From positions 97,526,001 to 97,590,000 of the forward strand of contig OZ024744.1 in assembly GCA_964016885.1 (NCBI GenBank): a stretch of 64,000 nucleotides of DNA. The letters are read 5' to 3'. The translations under genes and the position numbers were made by a program. The stretch is from Eledone cirrhosa. Its lineage: Eukaryota. The notes under the pieces were generated by a model. It saw nothing but the letters and a program-made list of their open reading frames with translations, searched no databases and was not told where the DNA came from. Positions 14,712-27,913 of the stretch are shown here, piece by piece; positions within the stretch are counted from its first letter, which is position 1, and each line of letters starts with the position of its first letter.

Positions 14712-14773
14712 AGAGTTTATATATATATACCAGAAGCATTGTTTATATATATATATATATGTATATATATATG

Positions 14774-14806
<33 letters not shown>

Positions 14807-14819
14807 GTATATATATATA

Positions 14820-15161
14820 TAAAACACAAATTTAAATTTTGAAAACCAAAACAATGCATATGGAGAAGGTTAAATTGCCAAGATAATAACCTTAGCAATA
14901 ATCTTACCTTAACAAATTTAATGATCCTAAATATTTTCGGGTTTAAAAACCCATTGTCAAGGGTTAGGGTTAGACTTGCTTCCAAACAAGCATCTCTATC
15001 CAATCGATTTTTAAGTCTCTCATAGGGTTACTCCCTTGATAATGGGTTTTTAAACCTGAAAATATTTGGGATCGTTAGATTTGCTAGGTAAGATTCTTTT
15101 GTTATCTTGGCAGTTTAACATTCTTCATATGCATTGTTTAGGTTTACAAAATTTAAATTTG

Positions 15162-15168
<7 letters not shown>
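14820..15168. mobile_element. Long-TIR (~140 bp) foldback MITE inserted in (TA)n
   Basis: aaaacacaaatttaaattttg...aaaaacccattgtcaaggg pairs with cccttgataatgggtttttaaa...caaaatttaaatttgtgtttt; (TA)n on both sides. Partial copies near 15450-15570 and 30504-30540. Confidence 0.8.
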
Positions 15169-15200
<32 letters not shown>

Positions 15201-15258
15201 AAAGTGAGGTTTTTTTTACAAAATGAAAAATAACCGAGGTGTCCTACACGAATGGAAG

Positions 15259-15359
15259 TATAAAGAAAAAGGGATGAAATCGAAAATGCAACTGAAGTCT
15301 TATTTTTAAAAAAAATAAGACTTCAGTTGCATTTTCGATTTCATCCCTTTTTCTTTATA
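15259..15359. repeat. Perfect palindrome, 49-bp arms, 3-nt spacer, between (TA)n tracts
   Basis: tataaagaaaaagggatgaaatcgaaaatgcaactgaagtcttattttt-aaa-exact reverse complement. Confidence 0.95.
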
Positions 15360-15598
15360 TATATATATATATACATTTAAATTAAATCTGCCAGCCAAAC
15401 AACAACTCATCTCCAACTGGTTCTTGAAGACCTTCACACAGATCCTCTCTTAATAATGAGTTTTTAAACCCAAATATATTTGGGATAATTAAATTTACTA
15501 AGGTAAAATTCTATTGCTATCTTGGCATCTTTAATTTTCAATGCATTGTAAGGATTTTAAACTTATCTAAATATATATATATATATATATGTGTGTAT

Positions 15599-15820
15599 AT
15601 AAAGTGTGTAAATGAGGTGCTCAAATGCAGAGATGCTATAAAGATGGCTTAGAAAATATGGTGAAAACCCTTAAAACATGGGAAAAGAAGTTGCCATTGG
15701 CTGCGATGAGTAATTGAACCCCATATCTCCCAGATACTGGCTAGCTTTTAAGGGTCTTCATCCTATTCTATAAGCTATCTTTATAGCATCTCTGTGCTTG
15801 AGTACATCTTTTATACTTAT
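15599..15820. mobile_element. (TA)n-flanked ~78-bp TIR element enclosing a tRNA-like fragment
   Basis: Arms 15599-15676 and 15746-15820 (cagagatgctataaagatggctta / taagctatctttatagcatctctg). Interior reads ...atggggttcaattactcatcgcagcca on the minus strand. Confidence 0.65.
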
Positions 15821-17807
15821 ATATATATACTTATTTATATAATTATTTATATAATTATATATATACTTATTTATACACTTATATATACCTATATATATAT
15901 ATATATATTTAAAAGTTGAAAATTTAGCTTCATATATTGTCTACAGTATATATAATAGTTGGTCCTTTCCGAGCTGAAAGCATTTGTGGAACAAGTATTC
16001 CTTTAAATGTTTCTATTTTAGGGCACAATGCAATTTGAAGGGAAAGAGGGAGTTGATTATATCAACCCCAGTAATTGATTGGTGGTTTTATCAATCCCAG
16101 AAATATGAAAGTTAAAATTCTCCTTGGTTTGAATTTGAACTGAGAAAGCAAAGATTTCCATTAAATATTAATATTTAAGAAATGAAAGCCACATATTTTT
16201 GAATGAAAATAACATTTACTTGAGTTATGTGTTTGTATCAAAATAAATGTTTGTATAGACAAAAGTTTTTTCTTTGATTTTTGCATTGTTTTTTGTACTT
16301 ATAAATGTAGATAAATAAAATGAATACAGGCATATTGAAGTATTCAAATCATTTTATACCAAGGCACAAATAAGGTATTGTGATTTCTATTGTTAGAGAT
16401 CATCATCATCATTTAATGTCTATCTTCCACGCTAGCAGGGAATTGTCCCACTTGAGGAAAGATTGATTGGGTGACCATGTCTCAGTCATATAGGACTGTA
16501 TCTGGAAGGTTTTCTACGGCTGGATGCCCTTCCTAACACCAACCACATTTACAGTTACAATTATTATTGAAGCTAATTTTATGAGAAAACTACAAAATAT
16601 TCCTGTGAGATGTCTAAATTGGTAGTTTAATATATGTAGCCAATGTCTAAAGAGAAAATGACTGGTGAATAATTGAACTTCTTCAAAGGAAGAGAAATAT
16701 TTACTACCAGACAAAATCATGTTTGAATGGATTCACAGACATAACAAACATTGAATAATCACTGAAGAAAATTAATATTTAAAGACTTAGATCCATTATA
16801 TATTGAAATATTTTGATATTCAATATAAGACATTCTTCATATTATATGGATTTTTTTTTTTTTTTTTAATTCCTTGAAAATGTTGGTTATTTCCCTTAAG
16901 AATAATTAGCTCCCTCAAACTGGAAAAAAAATTGTTTTACAAGAAGGAATAGAAAAATCAAGATTGTCTACAGATAATGTTATTCAATTTCTGATAAAAT
17001 AATTTATAGTAAATCTTAAATTTGTATAATTCAAATTCTAGTTGCACTTCAGTTCAGGTCTATAAAAACTTAAAAATGTATAATGCATGTTAAAATAATT
17101 TTTAAAAAAAGGTGTGGGGCTCATGCAATACAGGTTTTGATAGAATAAATAGAAATATATAAATATGTAAAATGCATTAATTTGATTAAAGATGGCATTC
17201 TGTCCTAAAATATAAAATGGTTGATCATATTGACTTCTGTTCCCATTTGAGTAGCTTTATATGTCATTTAAGTGTGACCTCTATAAGATTTATTATAAAC
17301 TAGACCACACGTGACCCTGTTGGGTCACGTTCACTTCAAAATATTTTTTTTTAAATCAGGTTCACTTAAAAATAATTTTTAAATAATTAAAATATACACA
17401 GACATGTATATAATGTGAAATGAAACTGGAAGGCCCATATATATATGTGTGTGTATGTATATATATAAATGTATGTGTGTGTATACATATACATATATAT
17501 TTATATGTATGCAGGTGTGTGTATATATATATATATGTGGGTGTCTGTGATCTATGACCTCTATAAGATTTATTATAAATTGCTATCAGTAAGTTAGAAG
17601 AATTCAGTAGTATACATCGTTAGCAAGGGTAATCATCATCATCATCATCATCAACAGTGGTTTTACGTCCATTCTTCCACACTATCATGGGTTAGACGGG
17701 TTGTCCTGTTGTGGGCAATGCCAGGTTGGCTGACCTTGTATTGCTCATACGGGAATGATTCTGGCTTGATTTCTATGGCTGGATGCCCTTCCTAACACCA
17801 ACCTCAT

Positions 17808-18455
17808 TACACAACCACTTTACAGTGTCGACTGGGTGCTTTTTGTCGTGACACCTACATGACCACTTTACAGTGTCGACTGGGTGCTTTTTGTTGTGAC
17901 ATCTACACGACCACTTTACAGTGTTGACTGAGTGCTTTTTGTCGTGACACCTACACGACCACTTTACAGTGTCGACTGGGTGCTTTTTGTCGTGACACCT
18001 ACATGACCACTTTACAGTGTCGACTGGGTGCTTTTTGTTGTGACACCTACATGACCACTTTACAGTGTGGACTGGGTGCTTTTTGTTGTGACACCTACAC
18101 AACCACTTTACAGTGTTGACTGGGTGCTTTTTGTTGTGACACCTACACAACCACTTTACAGTGTCGACTGGGTGCTTTTTGTTGTGACACCTACATGACC
18201 ACTTTACAGTGTCGACTGGGTGCTTTTTGTTGTGACACCTACATGACCACTTTACAGTGTGTACTGGGTGCTTTTTAATGTGACACCTACATGACCACTT
18301 TACAGCGTGTACTGGGTGCTTTTTGTTGTGACACCTACATGACCACTCTACAGTGTGGACTGGGTGTTTTTTGTTGTGACACCTACATGACCACTTTACA
18401 GTGTGGACTGGGTGTTTTTTGTCGTGACACCGACACGACGACCACTCTACAGCGA
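17808..18455. repeat. 48-bp minisatellite (~13 copies) expanded inside a SINE
   Basis: Unit acatgaccactttacagtgtcgactgggtgctttttgttgtgacacct, directly after SINE sequence ggatgcccttcctaacaccaacc. Confidence 0.92.
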
Positions 18456-18678
18456 GGTCATATTGTCTATATGCTTCAGCTTTGGCTTGTACCCATGGGA
18501 CATCGGGTGTTTTGTATTACTGCGTGATGCCAGAGGTCACGGTCTTGTGTCATCGCTTTGAGACAATTGTATGAGGTTTTGAGAATGCTACAGAACTACA
18601 TTTGGTTGGTCTTCATTTCTTTTTAATTATTCCAGTATAATGAAATAGTTATATGAATATGTTGAGAGACCATCATTG

Positions 18679-18709
<31 letters not shown>

Positions 18710-20539
18710 CATCATCTTCATCCTCATCCTCATCATCTTCATCATCATCATCATTTAATGCCTGTTTTCCCTGCCAGCAAGGGTTGGGCAGAGCATCACA
18801 AACCAAGTCGGTACATAATCTGAGCCACTAATATTGCATTCAACTCTATAAGAGTGTACCATGCATTTATCTTGGCACCAGCAGTAATGAAGGTGATTAC
18901 ATCTTTAATAAAACTAAAGACTCCTCTCTACACTCTCTCTTTGCCAATTCTTCTACAGATGGATGATGTCTAGAATCCATAGTTCTTTGTCTGTATTCCA
19001 AACAAGAATTCATTAACCATCTCACTGAATTCTCTTTGTAAAATATTTCAGAGTTTAATCTTCACTGAATATCTTCTACCAAGCACATGTACAATTCAAC
19101 AGTACAAGAATCACAATCTAGCAAAAGTTAACTTTTACATAAGACATAACTGTTTCTACTTTAGGCACAAGGCCAGCAATTACCCAGTGCATTACTGGTA
19201 CTTTATTTTATCGACCTCGTAAGGATGAAAGGCAAAGTTAACCTCGGCGGGATTTGAACTCAGAATGGCAAGGGCCGTAACTCTATGCATCAAAGCATGG
19301 CGTCCGACCCTCTACCAATACTGCCAATCCACCAGACATAATCTTGAAATATTCTCCCATGAGAAATATGAAAACTCAGTTGGAAAATTCTTTTCTCTAA
19401 ATTAACAATATAAAGATGGCTACTTGTTGTTGCAGTAAGACATTTAATTATTGAATATAATTTTAAATTATTAATTATCAATTAAATCAACAGTATTTCT
19501 GATGTATTTATTTGCTTTGACACGACATCTCCAGAAATATATTCACATATTTTCTAATAGATTGCTTATATAAATAAATCTAATTATATTCACCAATATA
19601 TTCTAAGATATCAAAAATATTTAAATATTTGAAAAGTACTTTCAAAGTTTAGAAAATTGCTTTAAAAAATGTTTGGCTTTTATTTTAATTTTTGTTGTGA
19701 ATGAAACATTTTATAGATTTCAAAGGAAAAACCTTTATGAACATGCAGAAGATTTTTTATTTTACTAGGTGTCTCTAAGTAAGTTCAGATTTTCACATAC
19801 CTATGTTTGTTTATACATACAGATACTTTATCAGATAACAATTTTTATTTAAACTTTGGTTATTAAATGGCATATTTAGCTACAATCTTAAAAAACAAAA
19901 TATACATAATATAACTAGATTAAATATTCCATTCAGTTTTGAGAAATATAACAAACTGGAATTTCTTTGAGAAGACAAATTTTTTGAAATGATGTTTTGG
20001 TTTTTTTTTTTTTTTTAATGAATTACTTGCACTATTTATTGAAGAAATCGATGTTGTTTTTTCTCGCTAAATATCTTTTATCTACAGAGAGTGGATTTGC
20101 TTACATGTCATAGAGGTATGTAAGAAATGTTAATCAATAATGATTTCTAGTATAGGCACAAAGCCAGTAATTTGTGGGGAGGGGAAAGTCGATTAAATCG
20201 ACCATAGTACATTACTGGTGCTTTATTTTATCGACCCCGTAAGGATGAAAGGCAAAGTTAACCTCAGCGGGATTTGAGCTCAGAATGGAAAGGACCATAA
20301 CTCTATGCTGCAAAGCATGGTGGCCGACCCTCTACCGATACTGCCAATCCACCACCCTAAGTGTTAATCAATATAATGCCCCTTTGTTGGTTTATATCAA
20401 TTAAGATTTTAGTTATGTCACAATGAATGAGGAGGCTCTTCATGTGTCAATAGTAAAACCTTTTTTTAACATAGCAGCCAAATCTTGCCTGAAACATATG
20501 TTGGACCATATTCAACAAACAGATTTATCAAGCTAAGAA

Positions 20540-20574
<35 letters not shown>

Positions 20575-21389
20575 TAATAATTGTTTCTACTTTAGGCACA
20601 AGGCCAGCAATTTGAAGGGGAGGGCTTTACATCAACCCCAGTGCATTACTGGTACTTTATTTATCGACTCCGTAAGGTTGAAAGGCAAAGTTAACCTTGA
20701 CAGGATTTGAACACAGAACGCAAAGGGCCGTAACTCTATGTCACAAAGCATGTTGTCCAACGCTCTACCGATACTGCCAACCTACCGTCCTTAAAATAAT
20801 AATAATGATAATAATAATAAAAACTAAAGTATACTTGCTAAGGTGAAATTTTCTGAGATACTAATAAACATTAGATTGACTATTGTTTCAAAAGTCTGTT
20901 TGATCAGAACTGACAGGAGGTTATTTAACAACTAAAATAACAACTACAACAACAACATCAACAACAACAACCATGTGTATGCGAGCTGAGGTCTACATAA
21001 TTCATTTAGGCATTTACAATAAATGTTTCTATTTTTGGCACAAGGCCAGCAATTATCCCAGTGCATTACTGGTACTTTATTTTATCGAACCTGTAAGGAT
21101 GAAAGGCAAAGTTAACCTCAGCGGGATTTGAACTCAGAATATAAAGGGCCATAACTCTATGCTACAAAGCATGGTGCCTGATGCTCTACCAATACTGCTC
21201 TACATTTACAATAATTGTTTCTACGTTTGGCACAAGGCCAGCAAATACCCAGTGCATTACTGGTATTTTATTTTATCAACCTCGTAAGGATGAAAGGCAA
21301 AGTCAACCTCGGCGGGATTTGAACTCAGATCGTAAAGGGACGTAACTATGCTGGAAAGCATGGCGACCGACCCTCTACCGATACTGCCA

Positions 21390-21745
21390 AGGGGAATGAT
21401 CACAACTACAAACTGCAGAGATCAGAGAGGCACTCCAGGTAGGGCTGCTACCTCTCCAAATTGAGAGATCACAGCTCTGATACTATGGGACATGTGGTTA
21501 GAATGTCTCAGGAAAGAACCGCTGGACAGATTTTACGGGCGAAACCAACCGGTAGGAGACCCAGGGGTAGACCCTGGAGCATGGTTGGATAACATCCATG
21601 AGCTTGGTTGGTCACGCTTGGGGATCCAACCAGATCTGTTGGAAATGATTGTTTCTGACAGGACCTACTGGAAGGAGTGTTTAAGGACTCTGACCCCCAC
21701 AACCCTCTCATGAAGAAGTTGGTGAAGAAAAGAAAGAGAAGAAAA
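21390..21745 (+). mobile_element. 3' fragment of RTE-type non-LTR retrotransposon
   Basis: Degenerate frame ...YYGHVVRMSQERTAGQILRAKPTGRRPRGRP / WLDNI...DRTYW, a typical RTE-like C-terminus, then a GAA-rich tail. Confidence 0.8.
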
Positions 21746-22371
21746 GATACACATTTTTTTTTTTAATCGGTCATAAACACTAAATTCAGATTAAGGGTTA
21801 AACCATTGATTAATTATTTGTTATTTATTTTAGCAGCTCCTATTACTATCATTATTCATTTGAAAGTTACTATTGATGTTTTTGTTTTTGTTTCATTATA
21901 GTATAGCTAGTGTAAAGTTGACATTTTAATTATCCTCATTATATAATCTTCTTTTCAAGTTTTATCTCATTATTGTATCAACCAAGTTCATCAGCAGCAA
22001 CTGAAAGTATCAAACACCAATTCAATGCTGATTTTTCCTACTGAGCATGAACTGCAGCTTTTGCTAGTACTGCAGGCCAGTTTTGTTGATTCAGTCTAGT
22101 AGTATCTTAAATGTATTTATGTCTGAACATATGACTACTACAGTCATATATTCAAATGCATCAACACATTTAGGAAGTACCATATTTGCTGGCCTATTTG
22201 ATGCACTTTCTTCCCCCAAAAAACATAAAAATTCTTCCTTGCTTCTAATATGTCCATATCACCAATAGAAGGCTGAATGGAGGGTGAGGACAATCATGGT
22301 TAAAAAAATTTAGTTTATATTACTATTAGTATTACTAATACAGTAATGCAATACAATTTATATAAGCAAAA

Positions 22372-22558
22372 TAATTGTTTCTACTTTAGGCACAAGGCCA
22401 GCAATTACCAGTGCATTACTGGTACTTTATTTTATCGACCCCGTAAGAATGAAAGGCAAAGTCAACCTCGGCGGGATTTGAACTCAGATCATAAAGGGAC
22501 GTAACTATGCTGGAAAGCATGGCGTCCGACCCTCTACCGATACTGCCAATCCACCACC
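22372..22558 (-). mobile_element. tRNA-derived SINE, most abundant family (representative copy)
   Basis: Minus strand: ggtggattggcagtatcggtagagg (A box), gagttcaaatcc (B box), gcctttcattcttacggggtcgataaaa core; TSD tatataagcaaaataat. More than 20 copies or fragments in the window. Confidence 0.88.
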
Positions 22559-23814
22559 TATATAAGCAAAATAATGTCGAACTTATGTAAGAGCTTCTGT
22601 AAAAACATTGAAATGATTTTTAATAAATTTATGAAGAAATGTACTAAAATTCTTTTTTTCCCAAAATGTCCTTGTAAAATCAGGGAGTGTCTTATAGGAA
22701 GGGGTGTCCAATAGGCCAGCAAATACAGTAATCTATATGGATATATTTCAAGAGTTCTAATCACCAATATTGGCGTTAGGAAAGGCATTTAGCCATAAAA
22801 ACCAAGCCAAAACAAAGTGTACAACCATGACCTAGTTCCTGACTGGTCTGGCCTCAGCACATGGCAGCTGTCTAACCCATGCAAGCATGGAAAATAGCTG
22901 TTAAATGGTGATGATGATTCTCTATCTGTTGATTTTTCATATTGAAAATATCACTGCACCAAGTTAATACAAGATGAATTCTTTGGTTAATAAAGTTCTG
23001 GTGAATTTAGTTCAGGTGAATTTAGGATTTGTTAATTCAGTGAGGAATTTAAAACACAATAACACAAGAAAGCACTTTCTAGTACTATGCTTACCATCAC
23101 TCCCTCCCTACAAAATCTTATATTCTGGTGGCCTGAATATCATTACAAAATTTATTAAAAACCTTCAGAAAATTTCCCGATAATGGAAGAATTATGTAGA
23201 ATCCTAAGGTTTCAGGATCAACATGAGAAAGACTAAAGTTCAACACAGGAGGATCTCAGTATCATCAGGGAAGTGGCCTTGCTTTATATATAAGGAAAGT
23301 AAAAGTAGGAATCTAAACCCATACACAGATTAAGATAGAATTGGGCCTGTACAGGAGCTGTTAACAATAGCAATATCGATTGAATGAAGTCTGTATATAA
23401 ACTACTCAGATGGTTAACTGGAAATAGTAGATAATTTTACCAAGATGATATAATTAGTGCTAGAAGTAAATGGAGTAAATATATAGAGCTAAAGTAATAA
23501 ATATGTCACAGAAATTCAGAGAGTTATTGTTGTTGTTGTTGGTGTTGTTGTTGTTATAGGATGGTTCAGGATTATTGGGGTACCTGAATCAACCCTGGGT
23601 GGTTATCACCCCCCCCCCCCCCCCTATTGGGGAATTTTCATTGTTGTATTTTTCTTATTTATTGTTATTGTTTTCCTATTTTTTACTTGATTTTTTATGT
23701 AAACCCCCCCCCCCCCCCCCTACTGTCCACGTCTATTGCATTGTCCCCTATATGTTGGACCCTATGGCCAATAAATGAAACCATTATTATTATTATTATT
23801 ATTGTTGTTGTTGT

Positions 23815-23996
23815 TCTTTGAGTCTCAGTCATTGATGTTATTTAACTGGAAAGTTTGTTCAACATCAAGCTGCTACCTCAGCTATTCAAGACATATCGGA
23901 GGGTTCTTGCCTTTTGAAGTGTTCCAAAAAAGGTGGGGGCTGGACTAATTTTCTTTAACCATCCTTGAAAACTCTTTGAGATAGTACCTAGTGCTC

Positions 23997-23997
<1 letters not shown>
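23815..23997 (-). mobile_element. 5'-truncated Dong/R4-type retrotransposon in a (TAA)n tract
   Basis: Encodes ALGTISKSFQGWLKKISPAP.FGTLQKA...LRYVLN, same family as 44530-44910; (TTA)n on both sides. Confidence 0.8.
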
Positions 23998-24038
<41 letters not shown>

Positions 24039-26196
24039 TTTTTATTATCATTATTGTTAACAAAGAGTTTCCCTTTGTGCAGATGATATGAAGAATATAT
24101 GAAGAGGGTTATGCTACGTTGTAATAAGACATAGGTTTTCAGATATCTGGGATCTTCTAGGTATGGAGGCTAAATACAAATGAGTTGAATATGATCTGTT
24201 TGAAAGTATAACCTTAGTTTGTAGACTTTTGAAGAAATTCATGACAGAAGAAGATAGGGAAAAAAAGATGAGAAGTAGTGCGGTTAGATGTAGTGCAGTT
24301 ATCCAATATTTGAAGAATATTTCCTGAGAAACAGTTGAAAAAGAAAAGAATTAAATTAAAATATCCTTAATCTAAATTTAAAATGCTGTAAATACATACA
24401 AATATATTCATAAATTTATACACACACATATGCTCACATATAACACACAAAGGTTGTATGCGGATGAAAAATTAGTTGTTTATCTTGAGAAGGATTAAAA
24501 GGTAAAGGGAAAAGATACTGATAGAAAGATGTGAATTGATGGAGGAATGCCCAATGTATATTCTTGACTAAACCACTTACCTGGTATTTCTCCTGAGGAA
24601 ACCACTAAAATGTACAGACAAAACAAATAAAAGAAAAAAATTAACAAAGGAGAATGTTTGTTATTTGATAGCTCTGGACACCTTTTTAAAGATCTACTAA
24701 GGTAATGTGGTTATAATTACTATATACTAATGTCTGTTTGCTGCCAGGAAGCGGGTGAGATTTCTTTCAATTCTGTTCTGAAGTTTAACCCTTTTGATAC
24801 CAAACCACATGACACTATCCCCTGGTTCTATGATATAAAACTGATTATTTTAAAGTGTTTACATTTACCGAAAATCCTCCCACCATAATTTTATGTAAGG
24901 GCCTTTGTTAAGTTATGGTCCACACAGCAGCTTAATAAGAAGAAAGTTAGTTACATTACTAGAACCCTCCAAGTTCTTGATTATTTTCAAAACACTTAAG
25001 CAGTGTCTTTCCATAGAAATATGATAATGAAATGTTTTAAACTAGTAACTTAATTTTATCTCTGAAAATTTTCAATTTTCTTGAAGGCATATATTTGAAA
25101 TACTTTATGATGTCTTGTAGTGGTTTTCTCCAAAAATATGACATTCTAGTTCAAATCTTGAGTGTTTTAGTGCAGAATCACATTTATTAGTGACTAACAC
25201 TTCCAAAACTGGATATTATAGCAGAAAAAAAAATAGCCATTATGCTAAGATGTATTTCTGGGTATCCCTTCATCATGGGAGTGATTAGAAGAAAAAGAAG
25301 AAGAAATGAATGATAGATTAATGATGTGAACTATGAGTTGTTGGTCATAGTTAGTAAGTATGACAGAAACTACACACTCACTTTAGTCATGAAAGAAATA
25401 TTATATGAAGTTGGAATTGTGGAAATGAAATTGATGATATAGACATAGATCTGGCAATGTGAGCATAAAATTATCAGTACAAATATATATATAGATACAT
25501 CAGCAAATTTATAAACAAATGTATAAGTAAATTAATAATAAATACATTAGAATTTTTTTAATGAAATAAGGGTAAATATATAGATATATAGATATAAAAA
25601 ATGAAGCATTCCTGAAGAAATATATTCCTGAAAATATACCATGTTGAGAAACAAAATATTATGATGCTGCTTTATGAACAATGAAAAATATATATATTTC
25701 ACTGGAAGAATAACTAACAAGTATAATGTTAACTATAAATATATGATATCGATTAAAAATATGGAAAATCTATTGCATAGATCACTTTTATATTTTATCT
25801 AATTTTTTAAAAAAATATTTAAATATATTTTGTTTGACTGTTTCAAAAAAAAAGATATTAGTAATAATAAAATAAAGGATAAATTTATATATTTTACAAA
25901 CTGTAAAATAATTTTGTCATCATATTTATATTCTTTGCTCCAAAATATTTACTCTGCAATCAAGACATATACACATTATTTTTTTTTTTATTTTTTTTTA
26001 TATATTTCATTATTATTTCTTTATGCATAAATCCATGTGTGTATTATTTTTATAGCCACACATTTAGAATCAGAATAGTCACACTAGTGGCATATCGGTC
26101 ATTATTTCAATTTTTTAATGCTGTGTCATTTATGGAAAAATAATTTTACATAAAGCATATAATATTTGAATCAAAATATAAAAATAAAAATAAATG

Positions 26197-26244
<48 letters not shown>

Positions 26245-26245
<1 letters not shown>

Positions 26246-27410
26246 TGGGTTGTCCAAAAAGTCCATTCATCTTTTTAAACAAAAATATGGCAAGTTTTAA
26301 ACACTAAGAGATATTGTTTTGTTCCAGTATCTTCTGTCATTTAATGGGAAGATCCATTATTCTCTGCTCAAAGAATTTCCTGTTTTTTCTAGAGAAAAAC
26401 ACTTTCAGGTGAATCTTTGCAACCTCTTCAGAGTTGAAGGCATAAGATTGGGCAAATATGGATGGTGTGACAAAACTTCCCAGCCAAGTTCCAGTAACTT
26501 CTGCCACATCAGAAAAGCAGTGTGCAACCTGGCATTATCATGATGAAAGACAATCCACTTCCAATCAGCAGGTGCTGCATCTTTCTGGTGAATCACTGTG
26601 TTTAAATTGTCTAACTGGTCACAGAACACATCCAAATTGACAGTCCTGTCTATGAAAAGAAGCTTGCAAAAGACAACACTCATCCAATACCATCAAATTG
26701 AAATCATAACATTCTTTGGATGAAATGCTACTTTGGAGATTGTTTGTGGTGGTTCACCACACTTATTCAATGATCGTTTGAACTCCATATTGCTACAGAC
26801 AATCCATTTTCTATCCCCTGTTACCATTATCTTAAAAAAAATATTTTCTTCACATTTCTGCAAAGAACCACAAATGGAAATCCACTGGACGAGGTTAGCC
26901 ACATTCAAACATCAAATCTGCTAATGTAACCTAGTTGATGCAAATGATTTTCAACATTTGGTTTGGATATTTGAAAGACATCTAAGATCATCTGATTGTA
27001 CAACGGGTATTGGTCTCAACTAACTTGCTCATTTTATCACTGTGAAGTTCAGTTGACCGGCCAGAGTGAGTTGCATCTTAAAGTGAAAAATTCCCCAATT
27101 GAATTCTTTAAAACCACTTCTGGCAAAAACATCCTCTCTGTATACCATGCATATCTTCCTGCATGTTTCCACCACTTTCTTGCCTTTTTTTAAAATAAAA
27201 AAGCACGAGATGTCTATATTTGGGTCTCCATTTTTAAGATGATCCCAAGCACACAAAATAGAACCTGTCTCATCTCAACTTCAAGTTGAACTACATTGAA
27301 GTGTTGAGTATTTAACAAGTACACATGTGCATATGTTCAAGATACAGGTTAAAGTTAACAACATATTAGAGGTCAACAAAAAAAATAAATGGACTTTTTG
27401 GTCAACCCAA
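26245..27410 (-). pseudogene. Decayed near-full-length mariner transposon
   Basis: TIRs ttgggttgtccaaaaagtccatt / aatggactttttggtcaacccaa with TA TSD. Broken transposase fragments TGDRKWIV, HHDNARLH, HPYLPNLMPS, and an N-terminal ETCRKICMVY segment. Confidence 0.93.
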
Positions 27411-27497
27411 TAATACATATATATATATCACAACATTGTATACATATATATATATGTGTATATATATAGACTCACATGCACACACATACACACACAT

Positions 27498-27599
<102 letters not shown>

Positions 27600-27913
27600 G
27601 TATATGTATACAATATTGTAATTCTGTATGATATATCAACCTCAATATAATTTGATACAGTAAATAAGATTTCATATTCTTGCCATGCATTGCATTGCAG
27701 TAAACACAAGCTTAAGATAAGGTCATTCAAGAAACTTGCTGTAGTGTCAAGTACAAATGTGGCAGTTAAATGATATAGAAAATAGCATTGGAAAAGGTTT
27801 TTCAATATGTGTGGTTATGTTGTGTAATAATGTTGTGTATTGTTTTGGTTTCACGCGAGGCATATAAAAAAAAAAAATAATGAGCTGAAGAATATAGATA
27901 TAGTAGTCTTTAA

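Noticed and set aside
14961-14973. Telomeric TTAGGG repeat
   Set aside because: Only about two units, inside a MITE.
22020-22300. Possible exon
   Set aside because: Minus strand shows faint mariner-like remnants (HPPFS...KCV) with stops; too decayed to call.
19769-24701. Additional plus-strand microexon candidates (19769-19778, 24672-24701)
   Set aside because: They introduce stops in the putative frame, and such signals are common by chance in AT-rich DNA.
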